Source: a virus. Taken from it: DNA of 64,000 nt. Positions 8,795 through 17,698 of the stretch are shown here, in pieces. The notes below the pieces were generated by a model. It was given only the letters and a program-made list of their open reading frames with translations, was not told where the DNA came from and searched no databases. Where the stretch lies: positions 38,599-102,598 of IMG/VR virus record IMGVR_UViG_3300047586_000066; one strand, written 5' to 3'. Each line of letters opens with the position of its first letter. The first letter of the stretch is position 1. The position numbers and the translations under genes are program-made.

Positions 8795-9378
8795 GCCGTA
8801 TCTATTTAACTGAAAAGGAAATTCATTTGGTTCTTGGGCTGGCGAAGGATATTAAGCGGGATTATGCCTTGCTGCATCTCATGGCTTCCACGGGGCTGAG
8901 ATCCTCGGACCTGCTTCGCCTGAAGATCAAGGATATGATCGACCAGGATGGAGACATCATCCGTCTGCTTCGTCTCAAAATGAAGAAAACCGGACTGTAT
9001 ATCGAGCATCCCCTCCGCGATGACTGCCGCGAAGCCATCCGCGAATGGCTTGGCAGCCGGGAAGACTCGAACCCCTGGCTATTCTGTTCCCTGAATCCCG
9101 GCTGGGTGAATAAGAACATGCCGCTCAGCCGGGTTCACCATCACAAAATGATGAAGAAGTACCTGGGCGCTATCCGCCATGGGTCCGAGCTGCAAGGAAG
9201 CTCAACGCATACCCTGCGCCGGAGCGTGGCGAAGCTGATCCACAATAAGACTGGCAAGATCGCCGTGGCTCAAAAGTTCCTGGGGCATACGAGTCCCGCG
9301 AACACGTCCCTTTACATTGATCCGGACGAATTAAAGGAAACCGCAAATAAGATTGTCTTGGAGGAATGCCAGTGGTAG
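8791..9378 (+). CDS. tyrosine recombinase, catalytic domain only
   Basis: TGLRSSDLL (R), HTLRRS (HxxR), LGH..TSLY (H,Y); 195 aa. Confidence 0.88.
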   Translation: MSRIYLTEKEIHLVLGLAKDIKRDYALLHLMASTGLRSSDLLRLKIKDMIDQDGDIIRLLRLKMKKTGLYIEHPLRDDCREAIREWLGSREDSNPWLFCSLNPGWVNKNMPLSRVHHHKMMKKYLGAIRHGSELQGSSTHTLRRSVAKLIHNKTGKIAVAQKFLGHTSPANTSLYIDPDELKETANKIVLEECQW

Positions 9379-9388
9379 AGTACCGAAA

Positions 9389-9952
9389 ATGTTCAAGGGA
9401 CCCAAATCGGCGCATTCAGAGGGCGGAAAAGTAATGGCCAAACGCCAACGCGAAGCTGCTCTACAGCGATACCTTACTGATCCCAAGATTTGCCAATTTT
9501 GTAATCGAACAATTCTTATGCGTTTGGGTCAGAAGACTTCAGAAGTAAAAGTTAAGAAATTCTGCAACCATTCATGTGCGGCTGCATTTTCCAACAAAAG
9601 TCGCAGAAAAACACGATTCTGTAAATGTGGCTCAATCCTTGAAGGGAAAAGAACTCTTTGCCCCGATTGTCTCCCAGCCCGCAAAGAGGCAGCTTTACTG
9701 AAAACAAAAGCAGAAGTAAGGCGTACCACTCTCCATACACATGCCCGGCGACGTTGCCCTGCTAAGTCTTGCGAATCCTGCGGATATTCCAAATTTACAG
9801 AAGTATGTCATATCCGCAAAGTGGAGGATTTTCCAGATGAAGCCACTCTTGAGGAAATCAACAGCCCAGAAAATATGATTCGCCTTTGTCCTAATTGCCA
9901 TTGGGAGCTGGATCGTGGTATGCTCGACATCTCACGAATTAGAGCGGGCTAG
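9389..9952 (+). CDS. HNH endonuclease with Zn-finger N-terminus
   Basis: CESC..EVCHIR..NSPENMIRLCPNCHWELD; KFCNHSCAA. Confidence 0.85.
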   Translation: MFKGPKSAHSEGGKVMAKRQREAALQRYLTDPKICQFCNRTILMRLGQKTSEVKVKKFCNHSCAAAFSNKSRRKTRFCKCGSILEGKRTLCPDCLPARKEAALLKTKAEVRRTTLHTHARRRCPAKSCESCGYSKFTEVCHIRKVEDFPDEATLEEINSPENMIRLCPNCHWELDRGMLDISRIRAG

Positions 9953-10028
9953 AGTATGGGTCACTCGCCGGTCTCATAATCCGGTAGTCGAAAGACATAG
10001 GACGGTTCGAGTCCGTCGCCCGCTCCCA
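9943..10028 (+). tRNA. tRNA with CAT anticodon (Met/fMet-like) and long variable arm
   Basis: acceptor AGCGGGC/GCCCGCT, D stem GAGT/ACTC, loop CTCATAA (CAT 9975-9977), T arm GACGG-TTCGAGT-CCGTC, C73, encoded CCA. Confidence 0.85.
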
Positions 10029-10044
10029 AATCTTCCCAATTTAC

Positions 10045-10073
10045 TTGACGATTTCATATACCGATGTTAAATT
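10045..10073 (+). promoter_or_regulatory. sigma70-type promoter
   Basis: TTGACG-17 nt-TAAATT with extended TG. Confidence 0.65.
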
Positions 10074-10079
10074 GCTGAT

Positions 10080-10160
10080 GTCCTACCAGTGGCGGCGTGT
10101 CCACTTGGTTTCTCTCTTGGGGCTGCGACTATATCGGAGTTGCAGCCCCATTCCTTTTTT
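10080..10160 (+). ncRNA. candidate ~80-nt small RNA
   Basis: lies between the promoter at 10045-10073 and a terminator; 5' hairpin, TTGGTTTCTCTCTT tract, no plausible ORF. Confidence 0.45.
10118..10160 (+). terminator. intrinsic terminator
   Basis: TGGGGCTGCGACT-ATATCGG-AGTTGCAGCCCCA followed by TTCCTTTTTT. Confidence 0.75.
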
Positions 10161-10168
10161 ACTATACT
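10140..10168 (+). promoter_or_regulatory. sigma70-type promoter for the glycosylation operon (near-leaderless)
   Basis: TTGCAG-17 nt-TATACT, 8 nt before ATG 10177. Confidence 0.5.
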
Positions 10169-10176
10169 CGACGCCG

Positions 10177-10371
10177 ATGCCAAAACCCTGCAATCATACC
10201 GAACGCTACCGGTGCCAAGCCTGCGGGGAATGCTATCCTTGCTTCCACACGCAGCAATATTTTCACGGGCTCTACTGGTGGAAATGCCGCTTCCAGAATC
10301 GCGTCCACCGGACGGATTATACTGGCAGGATTGTGGAGTGGGTCGGAAACGCTTTCGGAGGAAAGCTATGA
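10177..10371 (+). CDS. small Cys/His-rich protein
   Basis: MPKPCNH..CQACGECYPCFH; ATGA overlap with the next gene. Confidence 0.55.
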   Translation: MPKPCNHTERYRCQACGECYPCFHTQQYFHGLYWWKCRFQNRVHRTDYTGRIVEWVGNAFGGKL

Positions 10372-11054
10372 ATAAAATCTGCCTGATCGTTTTTACTGAT
10401 GGCCGAGATGGTCTCTTGGTTGATACCCTGGCGAGCTTCGACCGCAACATGGAGGGGCTCTTCCACTACCAAATCCTTTCCGATGATTCTGGAGATCCCG
10501 CCTGCGCGGACGTGCTGGACAAGTATTACGGCCACAGATTCCACATTATCGACCATCACCCGAAAAGACTGGGGTTCTGTGCCAGTATCAGAGAGACCTG
10601 GAAGAAGGTCCCAGCCGACAATAACCTAATCTTCCATCTTGAGGATGATTTCCTCCTCCTGCGAAAAGTCCGCCTCGACGATCTTGCCCTGGTCATGCAT
10701 CACAATCCCCAGCTCATGGAAATCACTTTGCTGCGGCAGCCCTTGGGACCGGTTGAAAGAGCGGCCGGGGGAATCTGGCAATGCAACGCAGATAGCTATA
10801 CCGAGCGTCACCTGACTTTTCCGGACGGACGCGATCTCACCTGGCTGGAGCATACGCTTGCGCTCTGGAATACGAATCCGAGCTTGTATCGCCAGAGCTT
10901 AACGCTGCTTTCATTTCCCGGTCCTCCATTCTGTGAGCGCGAATTCGGATTCTTGGGGCAACATCTAGGCTGGCACCTGGCGTTTTGGGGAAATAAAAAG
11001 GACGATCCGATTCTCCGGCACATTGGAGAGGAAAGGAAAGGGACAGGATACTGA
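10368..11054 (+). CDS. GT-A fold glycosyltransferase (family 2-like)
   Basis: ILSDDSGD, IFHLEDDF, NPSLY. Confidence 0.8.
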   Translation: MNKICLIVFTDGRDGLLVDTLASFDRNMEGLFHYQILSDDSGDPACADVLDKYYGHRFHIIDHHPKRLGFCASIRETWKKVPADNNLIFHLEDDFLLLRKVRLDDLALVMHHNPQLMEITLLRQPLGPVERAAGGIWQCNADSYTERHLTFPDGRDLTWLEHTLALWNTNPSLYRQSLTLLSFPGPPFCEREFGFLGQHLGWHLAFWGNKKDDPILRHIGEERKGTGY

Positions 11055-11055
11055 T

Positions 11056-11709
11056 ATGAAACGATCTCAATCACCCGAGCTGTCAATTTACACCCAATCC
11101 ATGGATGGATACCTGGCTCACTATGATCCTTTTGTGGAGCCATGGGTCAACGAGAAAATAAGGATGTTAGAGCTGGGGATCTGGAGAGGAGAATCCCTTC
11201 TCATGTGGCAAGAATACTTCAAAAACGCCCACATTACCGGAATTGACATTGAACCCGTCCCTGAATTAAATCAGCCACAAATCCGATGTTTTCAGGGCGA
11301 TCAGTCCGATCTTAATTTTCTCATGGACGTTGCGGCAGAAAAGACATGGCCTGGTGGTTTCCATTTCATCATCGACGATGCTTCCCATCTCGGCTGGCAC
11401 ACAAAGCGATCCTTCTGGTATCTCTTTGACAACTGGCTCCTGCCTGGCGGATTGTATGCCATCGAAGACTGGGGAGTCGGATACTGGTGGAACTGGCCTG
11501 ACGGTCGGCAGCTCGAAGAGAAACTCGATGACAAAGTGATCTTCCCGAGTCATCAATGCGGCGTGGTCGGATTTATAAAGCAGCTTGTTGACGAACAGGG
11601 CCGAGGGGATGTCTGCCGGGGAAGCACAGGCAAATACGCTCCACGGAGTTCGAAGTTCAAGAGCATCACCATTGTTCCTGGCATTGTTTTCATCCGGAAG
11701 GCTCTATGA
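11056..11709 (+). CDS. class I SAM-dependent (sugar O-)methyltransferase
   Basis: MLELGIWRGES, GIDI, QGDQSD, IIDDASH, GGLYAIED. Confidence 0.85.
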   Translation: MKRSQSPELSIYTQSMDGYLAHYDPFVEPWVNEKIRMLELGIWRGESLLMWQEYFKNAHITGIDIEPVPELNQPQIRCFQGDQSDLNFLMDVAAEKTWPGGFHFIIDDASHLGWHTKRSFWYLFDNWLLPGGLYAIEDWGVGYWWNWPDGRQLEEKLDDKVIFPSHQCGVVGFIKQLVDEQGRGDVCRGSTGKYAPRSSKFKSITIVPGIVFIRKAL

Positions 11710-12521
11710 AAGAAGTCTGGGGAGTGACGATGGTTCGTGACGAAGCCGACATCATCGAGCACACGCTTACCCACATGATCAGCGAGGGGGTTGACGGCAT
11801 CGTGGTCGCCGACAACCTCTCCACAGACGCTACGCCGGACATACTAAGAGCCGTCCAGCGCAATTCTAACGTCCCTGTGTTGATCGTAGAGGACAAAGTT
11901 GTTGCCTATCGGCAAAGTTTGAAGATGACGGCGCTTGTCGAGCTGGCGGCCGCGCATGGGGCTGAATACATCATTCCCTTTGATGCTGATGAGTTCTGGA
12001 CATGTGTCGGCAGGCTACGGCTTGCCGATTGCATTCGTGACCTCGGGCTGGACGTGATCCGGGTTCCCTACTATGACCACTACTGTACGGCTCTCGATCC
12101 CGTGGAATCGAACCCGTTCAAGCGCATGAAGTGGAGAGAGTCGAAATTCTCCTCTTGGAATGGGATTCGCAACCGTAGAATTGCCTTTCGTTGTTATCGG
12201 CATGGCTGCGTTCTCGCCCAGGGGAATCATTACTTGATCCTGGAGAACGGCCGGCAGCTCGACGGGGATGAATCCTATCTCTACATGCATCACTTCCCTT
12301 ACCGATCTGTAGAGCAATTTGTAGTCAAAGTGAAGAATGGGATTGAGGCTTACGAAGCAGCAACCGAGCTGCCCGCCAGCTATGGACATGTCTGGCGGGA
12401 GCACGGAGCGATACTGCGAGCTGAGGGCATCGAAGGAGTCCGGCGCCTCTTCTATTCGAAATGGTTTGTCACTGATCCCAGGTCTCTCGGCCTGGTCCTG
12501 AATCAAACTCTTCCCCTGTAA
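11706..12521 (+). CDS. glycosyltransferase family 2
   Basis: MVRDEADII, DNLSTDAT, FDADEFW, QGNH, HFPYRS. Confidence 0.88.
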   Translation: MKEVWGVTMVRDEADIIEHTLTHMISEGVDGIVVADNLSTDATPDILRAVQRNSNVPVLIVEDKVVAYRQSLKMTALVELAAAHGAEYIIPFDADEFWTCVGRLRLADCIRDLGLDVIRVPYYDHYCTALDPVESNPFKRMKWRESKFSSWNGIRNRRIAFRCYRHGCVLAQGNHYLILENGRQLDGDESYLYMHHFPYRSVEQFVVKVKNGIEAYEAATELPASYGHVWREHGAILRAEGIEGVRRLFYSKWFVTDPRSLGLVLNQTLPL

Positions 12522-13099
12522 CTCGTCCCTCTCATCCGATCCCTTTTGAACCTGATCAAATGAAGGAAAAGCGTGTCGTAGGTGAACGTGAACGAATTCC
12601 ACAGAGGCCAATCAGGACCGAAGATCGCCAGGATGTCATCCTGTGTCAGATCCCACTGATGATAGGGATTGTAGTGAGTGGTTTTCTTCAGGGGGATAGT
12701 GATTATCGCCTCCAGCGCGGCCGAGCGTTTTGCCAGATCTGCGATGTCCCTGGGATCTTTGAGATGTTCTATCGTCTCCAGAGAGACCAGGCAGTCCACC
12801 CGGTCAGGGGCCCAGTTGGCGATTGTGTCGTGAATGAATTTCAGATTCCCAAGGGACCCAAAAACGGACCTGGCAACCTTGATCGATTCTTCGTGATGGT
12901 CGATGCCGATGCAGAGTTTCACATCTGGGTTCTTTGCCATCAAGTAGGTCCCATAGCCCATGCCGCAGGCGGCGTCGAGCACGGTTCCCCATACGTGCTG
13001 ACGAATGATGGAGTATCTTTCAAGATGTCGCCGGACCAGAATGTCGTTTTCCAGAACATCCACTTCCAATCTGTTTAGAGCTATTCTTTCGTTGACCAT
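12503..13099 (-). CDS. class I SAM-dependent methyltransferase
   Basis: HLERY, VLDAACGMGYG, SLETIEHL, NPYH; start MVNER after AGGAG. Confidence 0.88.
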   Translation of the reverse strand: MVNERIALNRLEVDVLENDILVRRHLERYSIIRQHVWGTVLDAACGMGYGTYLMAKNPDVKLCIGIDHHEESIKVARSVFGSLGNLKFIHDTIANWAPDRVDCLVSLETIEHLKDPRDIADLAKRSAALEAIITIPLKKTTHYNPYHQWDLTQDDILAIFGPDWPLWNSFTFTYDTLFLHLIRFKRDRMRGTSYRGRV

Positions 13100-14979
13100 T
13101 TCTCCTCGTATGGATCTCGTTCTAACGGGGTTATTAGTTCCGGGTGCCTCACGAATGACAGGCTGAAATTGTCCCCAGGCACATTGGAGTCTCCGCCGCG
13201 TCCGTGTGCGACAACAACATCCTTCGTGATCCCCAATTTCCATCCTGCTTCTACAGCTCTCCGGCAGAGGTCGGCGTCATCCTTTCCGTACCGGATGAAT
13301 CTCTCATCCAAGAGACCGATCTGGTCAAGCATCGCTCTCCGGAGATAAACAAACGGGAAACAGATGTAATCCTCTCCGAGCCCCGAGCAATAGACGAGCC
13401 CCTTAGTCGGCCAGTGATGCTTCCACTGAGCCCGCTGCTTCGGATTCCCGACTCCTCCGTCAATCAGTGGACTGATAATCCCGACGTCTGGATTGTCCTG
13501 GGCCACTCTCCACATGGTTGCGAAGGTATTAAATTGCAGGAGGCGAACATCGTCATTGATCAGAATGACGTCTGCCTTCCCAGCGGCTTCAATCCCAACG
13601 TTACATTGCCTGGCAAAGATAAATGGCCAATGATCAGGCGTCGAAACAACCTCGAACCCGTATCCGCGTTCATGTCCATCGGCGACCACGATTATCCTGG
13701 GCTTCGCTTTCTCGAATCCCTCGATGCTGTGAATCAGGGGATTGATGATGTCCTCATATTTATTTGGGATGACAACACAGTAGTTCTTCGTTCGCGAAGG
13801 CTCATTTATAGCGGCGTCGCCTGCTCCCCAGGATCTCACGGGCATATAAACCAGTTCTGTCCCTGGGTCGATGACGCAGGGTGGGCCGCTTTTCTTTAAT
13901 TCTTCAACAAGCAGGCCATCGGCAGCGTGGTACTGGGTATCTTCGAAGCTCCATAGCCTATCTTTGAAGTAAGGCTTGTGGAAGAACTGATTCGTGTCGG
14001 TTTTATTTAGTCCAGGGTCCGGGTTGAAGAACCGTTTCCCGAGCATCTTCATGGGGAACACTCCCCAATCCGGGAAGTTGTTCAGGAAGATGTTCTCCGC
14101 CAGGACCATCAGCGCCCGGGGGCTGTAGAAATTGTCGTCATCCAGGTAAAGGACATACATTCCCGAGGTCTTGGGGATCGCGTTATGTCGGCAGGTTATC
14201 CCGTAATTCTTATGCGCCTGGTCACAAATGATCACTTTGCGCTGCGGGTGAGCTAAATATGTCGGGATAGCAGCGTTCGGCAGATCCACCATGATAATAT
14301 GCTCCCAGTTCGTGTATTTCTGGCGCTCAATACTCCGGCACGCCCGCTCGAGTGACGGCCGCAGGACTGTTGGAGTTATGATCGAGAACTTGAACGGGGG
14401 ATGCGGCCCATTGTATGCGATCGCACTTCGGTAGTGGCCAGGAGGGTAGACCTGGCTGATGGTGATCTTGTCCAAATCTACGCAATGGGTCTTGACTGCC
14501 CGCATGAACACGCCCGGAAAGTCGGGATCTTTCATAATCTCCAGGTTCATGTCCCTAAATATTCTGGAAAAATCTCCGCAAGTGAACCTCCAGTGATCTT
14601 CCGGCTCGGGGTGATACCAGAATCCGTGGGATCTCGTCGTCACAAAGGCGACTCCACCAGGTTTAAGCAGGTTCTTTATGGTTTTAACCGTCTTTCTCCA
14701 GTCGTTTACGTGCTCCAGAACCTCAGCGCACACAATCACGTCAAACCATTCGGGCTCGAATCTGACCTCCAGGTCGTCGATATTCATCTGGATGTCAACG
14801 CCGGGCCCTGACCGCATGTCGATCCCGAAGTAGAGAGCCGGGTTCAATGCCTGGAATATCTCCCGAGCGGAGCCTCGGATTTGATCCGTAATCAGGCTAC
14901 CCATCTCAAGCACCCGTTTGCCCTCGACTTCATCGTGCCGGGCATGCTCCCTCAAAAACCGCATTACTGATTCGTGCAC
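13081..14979 (-). CDS. methyltransferase-GT2-GT2 fusion
   Basis: VLEMGS/EVLEHV/LKPGG; FSIITPT/YLDDDN; ILINDDV/LDERF..YG.DD.DLC. Confidence 0.85.
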   Translation of the reverse strand: MHESVMRFLREHARHDEVEGKRVLEMGSLITDQIRGSAREIFQALNPALYFGIDMRSGPGVDIQMNIDDLEVRFEPEWFDVIVCAEVLEHVNDWRKTVKTIKNLLKPGGVAFVTTRSHGFWYHPEPEDHWRFTCGDFSRIFRDMNLEIMKDPDFPGVFMRAVKTHCVDLDKITISQVYPPGHYRSAIAYNGPHPPFKFSIITPTVLRPSLERACRSIERQKYTNWEHIIMVDLPNAAIPTYLAHPQRKVIICDQAHKNYGITCRHNAIPKTSGMYVLYLDDDNFYSPRALMVLAENIFLNNFPDWGVFPMKMLGKRFFNPDPGLNKTDTNQFFHKPYFKDRLWSFEDTQYHAADGLLVEELKKSGPPCVIDPGTELVYMPVRSWGAGDAAINEPSRTKNYCVVIPNKYEDIINPLIHSIEGFEKAKPRIIVVADGHERGYGFEVVSTPDHWPFIFARQCNVGIEAAGKADVILINDDVRLLQFNTFATMWRVAQDNPDVGIISPLIDGGVGNPKQRAQWKHHWPTKGLVYCSGLGEDYICFPFVYLRRAMLDQIGLLDERFIRYGKDDADLCRRAVEAGWKLGITKDVVVAHGRGGDSNVPGDNFSLSFVRHPELITPLERDPYEEKWSTKE

Positions 14980-15060
14980 CAGTGCACTCCTTTCTGATTT
15001 CTTCCTTCATAATCTCCCTAGAAGCCCCTAGAATCGTTTTCCCCGTCAGGGGGGTTATCC

Positions 15061-15534
15061 TTAGTCGCCCGCTCCTGTGATCTTGGCTGCTTCCCTGGCT
15101 AGGCAACCGGGAATGCGGCAAACAGGACAGACCCCATCTTCGATTTCGACAATATCCAGATCAAAGCTGTCGTTCTTACCTGGAACACGATAAACATGAA
15201 GTTCCTGGACCTGCCTATCGTTTTTGATCCGGCCTCCGAGCTGTACCCCATCGAGAACAGCTTTGACTGCATCCACGTCGAGTCGGCCGCGCAGCCAGAT
15301 TTCCATTTTCACTGGTTCGAGAGTGTCTTCTGCGAGGATCATCTTTGAATAGAATCCGATCACGTTCTCCGCCTGCTTGACCGCTTTCGAAGGAGAGATC
15401 CAATAAAGCGGCCCTTTGATGTACTTCTTCAAGCCAGCCACGATGTCCCTGACTCCATTCCAGAAAGTGGCATTGAAATGGACCTCGTAGGTGTTCGCCT
15501 TGTTCGGTAGCGCAATAGGGATCGTCGTTCTCAT
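15061..15534 (-). CDS. rusA: RusA-like Holliday junction resolvase
   Basis: RLDVDAVKAVLDG..IKNDRQV acidic motif; next to dnaB. Confidence 0.65.
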   Translation of the reverse strand: MRTTIPIALPNKANTYEVHFNATFWNGVRDIVAGLKKYIKGPLYWISPSKAVKQAENVIGFYSKMILAEDTLEPVKMEIWLRGRLDVDAVKAVLDGVQLGGRIKNDRQVQELHVYRVPGKNDSFDLDIVEIEDGVCPVCRIPGCLAREAAKITGAGD

Positions 15535-16865
15535 TCTTGCTCCTGATAGAGATTGCTGAAGGTAGAATAGTGTCTCTCAAACGCCATCGAGAATGAACCG
15601 GTCATGCCGTTCCTTTGTTTCCCGATGATTACATCGGCCAGTCCGGCATTCTCTTCTGTTTCTCGGGCGAGTTCCGGCCGATGCAGGAGGATAACCACGT
15701 CGGCGTCCTGTTCAATCTGCCCAGACTGCCGAAGATCCGAGAGTTTGGGAGTCTGGTCTCGGCGCTTCTCTGTGGACCTGGAGAGCTGGGCGGCGGCGAT
15801 GACTGACGCATTTGTGCTTTTTGCCATGTTCTTTAGGGCAACGGATACGGCGCCGATTTTCTCGACATCGTTCGCCCGCTGAAGATGCTTTGGGGGACTG
15901 ACAAGCTGGAGGTAGTCGATTAGGATCACAGGGATCTCGGTCGGAATCCTTCGAGTCCTGGACCTCATGTCCGACACGGTTAATGCTGAGCTGTCATCAA
16001 TCCAGATCGGCAACGCGGAGAGGTCTCCGGCAGCACGGCTTAGCCTGTTCCAATCCTCTTTGTTCATGAATCCGGTATTCATGCGTGTGAGATCCACGCG
16101 GGACATAGCCGACAGCATTCTCATAATCAGTTCCATTTCAGCCATTTCCAGGGAAAAGATAATAATCGGGGTGCCAATCTTCGCCATTTGGATCGCTATC
16201 CCGAGTAGCATGCTTGTTTTCCCATGCCCTGGTCTGCCGGCAATAATTACGAGATTCTTCCGATGAACGCCTGTGGGGATCATCCGATCCAGCTCGGAGA
16301 ATCCCAGCTTGAAGCCTCCAGAGGTTTTATGGTTGGCAATATTTTCTATGGTTCGGAATGCTTCAGAGACAAGATCGGAGATCTCCCGCGGTCCTTCTTT
16401 CCGCTGCATCTTTGACAGCTCGCCGTCGAGCCGGATGAATGCGTCGTCAATGACATCCTTGAACGGCTGTTCATCGTAGCAGCGGGTCATCAGTTCATTT
16501 CCGGCCTGGACTCCGATCCTAAGCGCCGCCTTCTCTCGAACGATGCTGGCGTAATGCTCTATGTTCATAGCCCTTGGAAGTCCGTCAGTTAAGCTGACCA
16601 GGTAAGCAGCTCCTCCGGTGGCTTCAAGCTCATTCGAACTCTGTAGAGCATTCTTCAGGGTTATCAGATCCAAGCCGCTTCCGGAGTCAATCACTTCGAC
16701 CATCTTAGCGAAGATCCTCCTATGGCTGTCGAGGTAAAAATCGGTCGCCTCGATAGTCCCCAGGGCGACATTGATTGCTTTCTCTTCAAGCAGGATGGCT
16801 CCGAGAATCGATCGCTCAGCCTCAAGGTTATTCGGAAGCATCTTTTCCAAGCTGATGTCTGCCAT
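15531..16865 (-). CDS. dnaB: replicative DNA helicase
   Basis: EAERSILGAIL, AGRPGHGKT, FSLEM, IDYLQL, QLSR, SDLRQSGQIEQDAD, KQRNG. Confidence 0.97.
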   Translation of the reverse strand: MADISLEKMLPNNLEAERSILGAILLEEKAINVALGTIEATDFYLDSHRRIFAKMVEVIDSGSGLDLITLKNALQSSNELEATGGAAYLVSLTDGLPRAMNIEHYASIVREKAALRIGVQAGNELMTRCYDEQPFKDVIDDAFIRLDGELSKMQRKEGPREISDLVSEAFRTIENIANHKTSGGFKLGFSELDRMIPTGVHRKNLVIIAGRPGHGKTSMLLGIAIQMAKIGTPIIIFSLEMAEMELIMRMLSAMSRVDLTRMNTGFMNKEDWNRLSRAAGDLSALPIWIDDSSALTVSDMRSRTRRIPTEIPVILIDYLQLVSPPKHLQRANDVEKIGAVSVALKNMAKSTNASVIAAAQLSRSTEKRRDQTPKLSDLRQSGQIEQDADVVILLHRPELARETEENAGLADVIIGKQRNGMTGSFSMAFERHYSTFSNLYQEQE

Positions 16866-17698
16866 TATTCCTCCCTTTCGAGAATGATCGCGCCCTTGGT
16901 ACACTCCTGGAATCTCCGCATCGTCGCCGCTCCAAGGATCTCTGATAGTTTTTCTTGGGGTTCATTTGAAGCAAATGACACAGACACCATAGGTATGTTG
17001 CGCCAGCATAGGTCTGACAGCTCGAAGATTTTCCGAATAGAGAAGTCTGTAACTGGCACGATATCCAGCTCATCCAGGAAGACATGGATTTTATTCTTAA
17101 TTTTTTCCGCAAAGAAGATTCCGTCCGGGTGATCGTCACCGAACTGGCTCATCCTCATTCCTTCGACGTATTGGGAAGCGGTCCTGAAGATTACCTCGAT
17201 CCCGGCGTAGGCGCATTCTTGAGCTTGGGCCCACATGAGGAAGCTCTTTCCGACCCCAGTGGAACCATAAAACGCCCAGCCAGCCGTTGGGTCCTGGTAA
17301 AGAGTCTTGAGGATATTCGTTTGAGCTCGGCCATTTACTCCCCGCTTCATGACTACCTTCGAAGGCAGAATGATTTCAGCTTCGAATGTTTCCACGGGGA
17401 ATACGCGGTAATGGTAGTCAGGCATCAGGCGTTTGCCTTCAAGATCTTTCCTGATCTGCGGGGGAGCTTGCTCCAGCGTATGCTGAGCTGCTTTCCGGTA
17501 ATGGCACTCGCAGTATGTTAAGGCATACCCGGATTTGAATTCTCTTTCTACCCATTCGCTGTCCCGGCAGATTCCGCATTTATAGCCGGGCTCTTCAGTC
17601 ATTGAGGATAACGCCTCTTCGCTTTTCGTTCTTAAACGGCTCATGACTTCCTTTATCGCTGAGCCGACTTCTCTTGGTTCCTCCATCCTTTCCTCCAT
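16865..17698 (-). CDS. DnaC/IstB-like ATPase (helicase loader)
   Basis: CGIC..CEC Zn motif, GSTGVGKS, FLDEL; upstream of dnaB. Confidence 0.8.
   Translation of the reverse strand: MEERMEEPREVGSAIKEVMSRLRTKSEEALSSMTEEPGYKCGICRDSEWVEREFKSGYALTYCECHYRKAAQHTLEQAPPQIRKDLEGKRLMPDYHYRVFPVETFEAEIILPSKVVMKRGVNGRAQTNILKTLYQDPTAGWAFYGSTGVGKSFLMWAQAQECAYAGIEVIFRTASQYVEGMRMSQFGDDHPDGIFFAEKIKNKIHVFLDELDIVPVTDFSIRKIFELSDLCWRNIPMVSVSFASNEPQEKLSEILGAATMRRFQECTKGAIILEREE

Noticed and set aside
9943-10044. attP or prophage boundary at the tRNA next to the recombinase
   Set aside because: Phage-type genes on both sides and no duplicated tRNA 3' end found; needs the host genome
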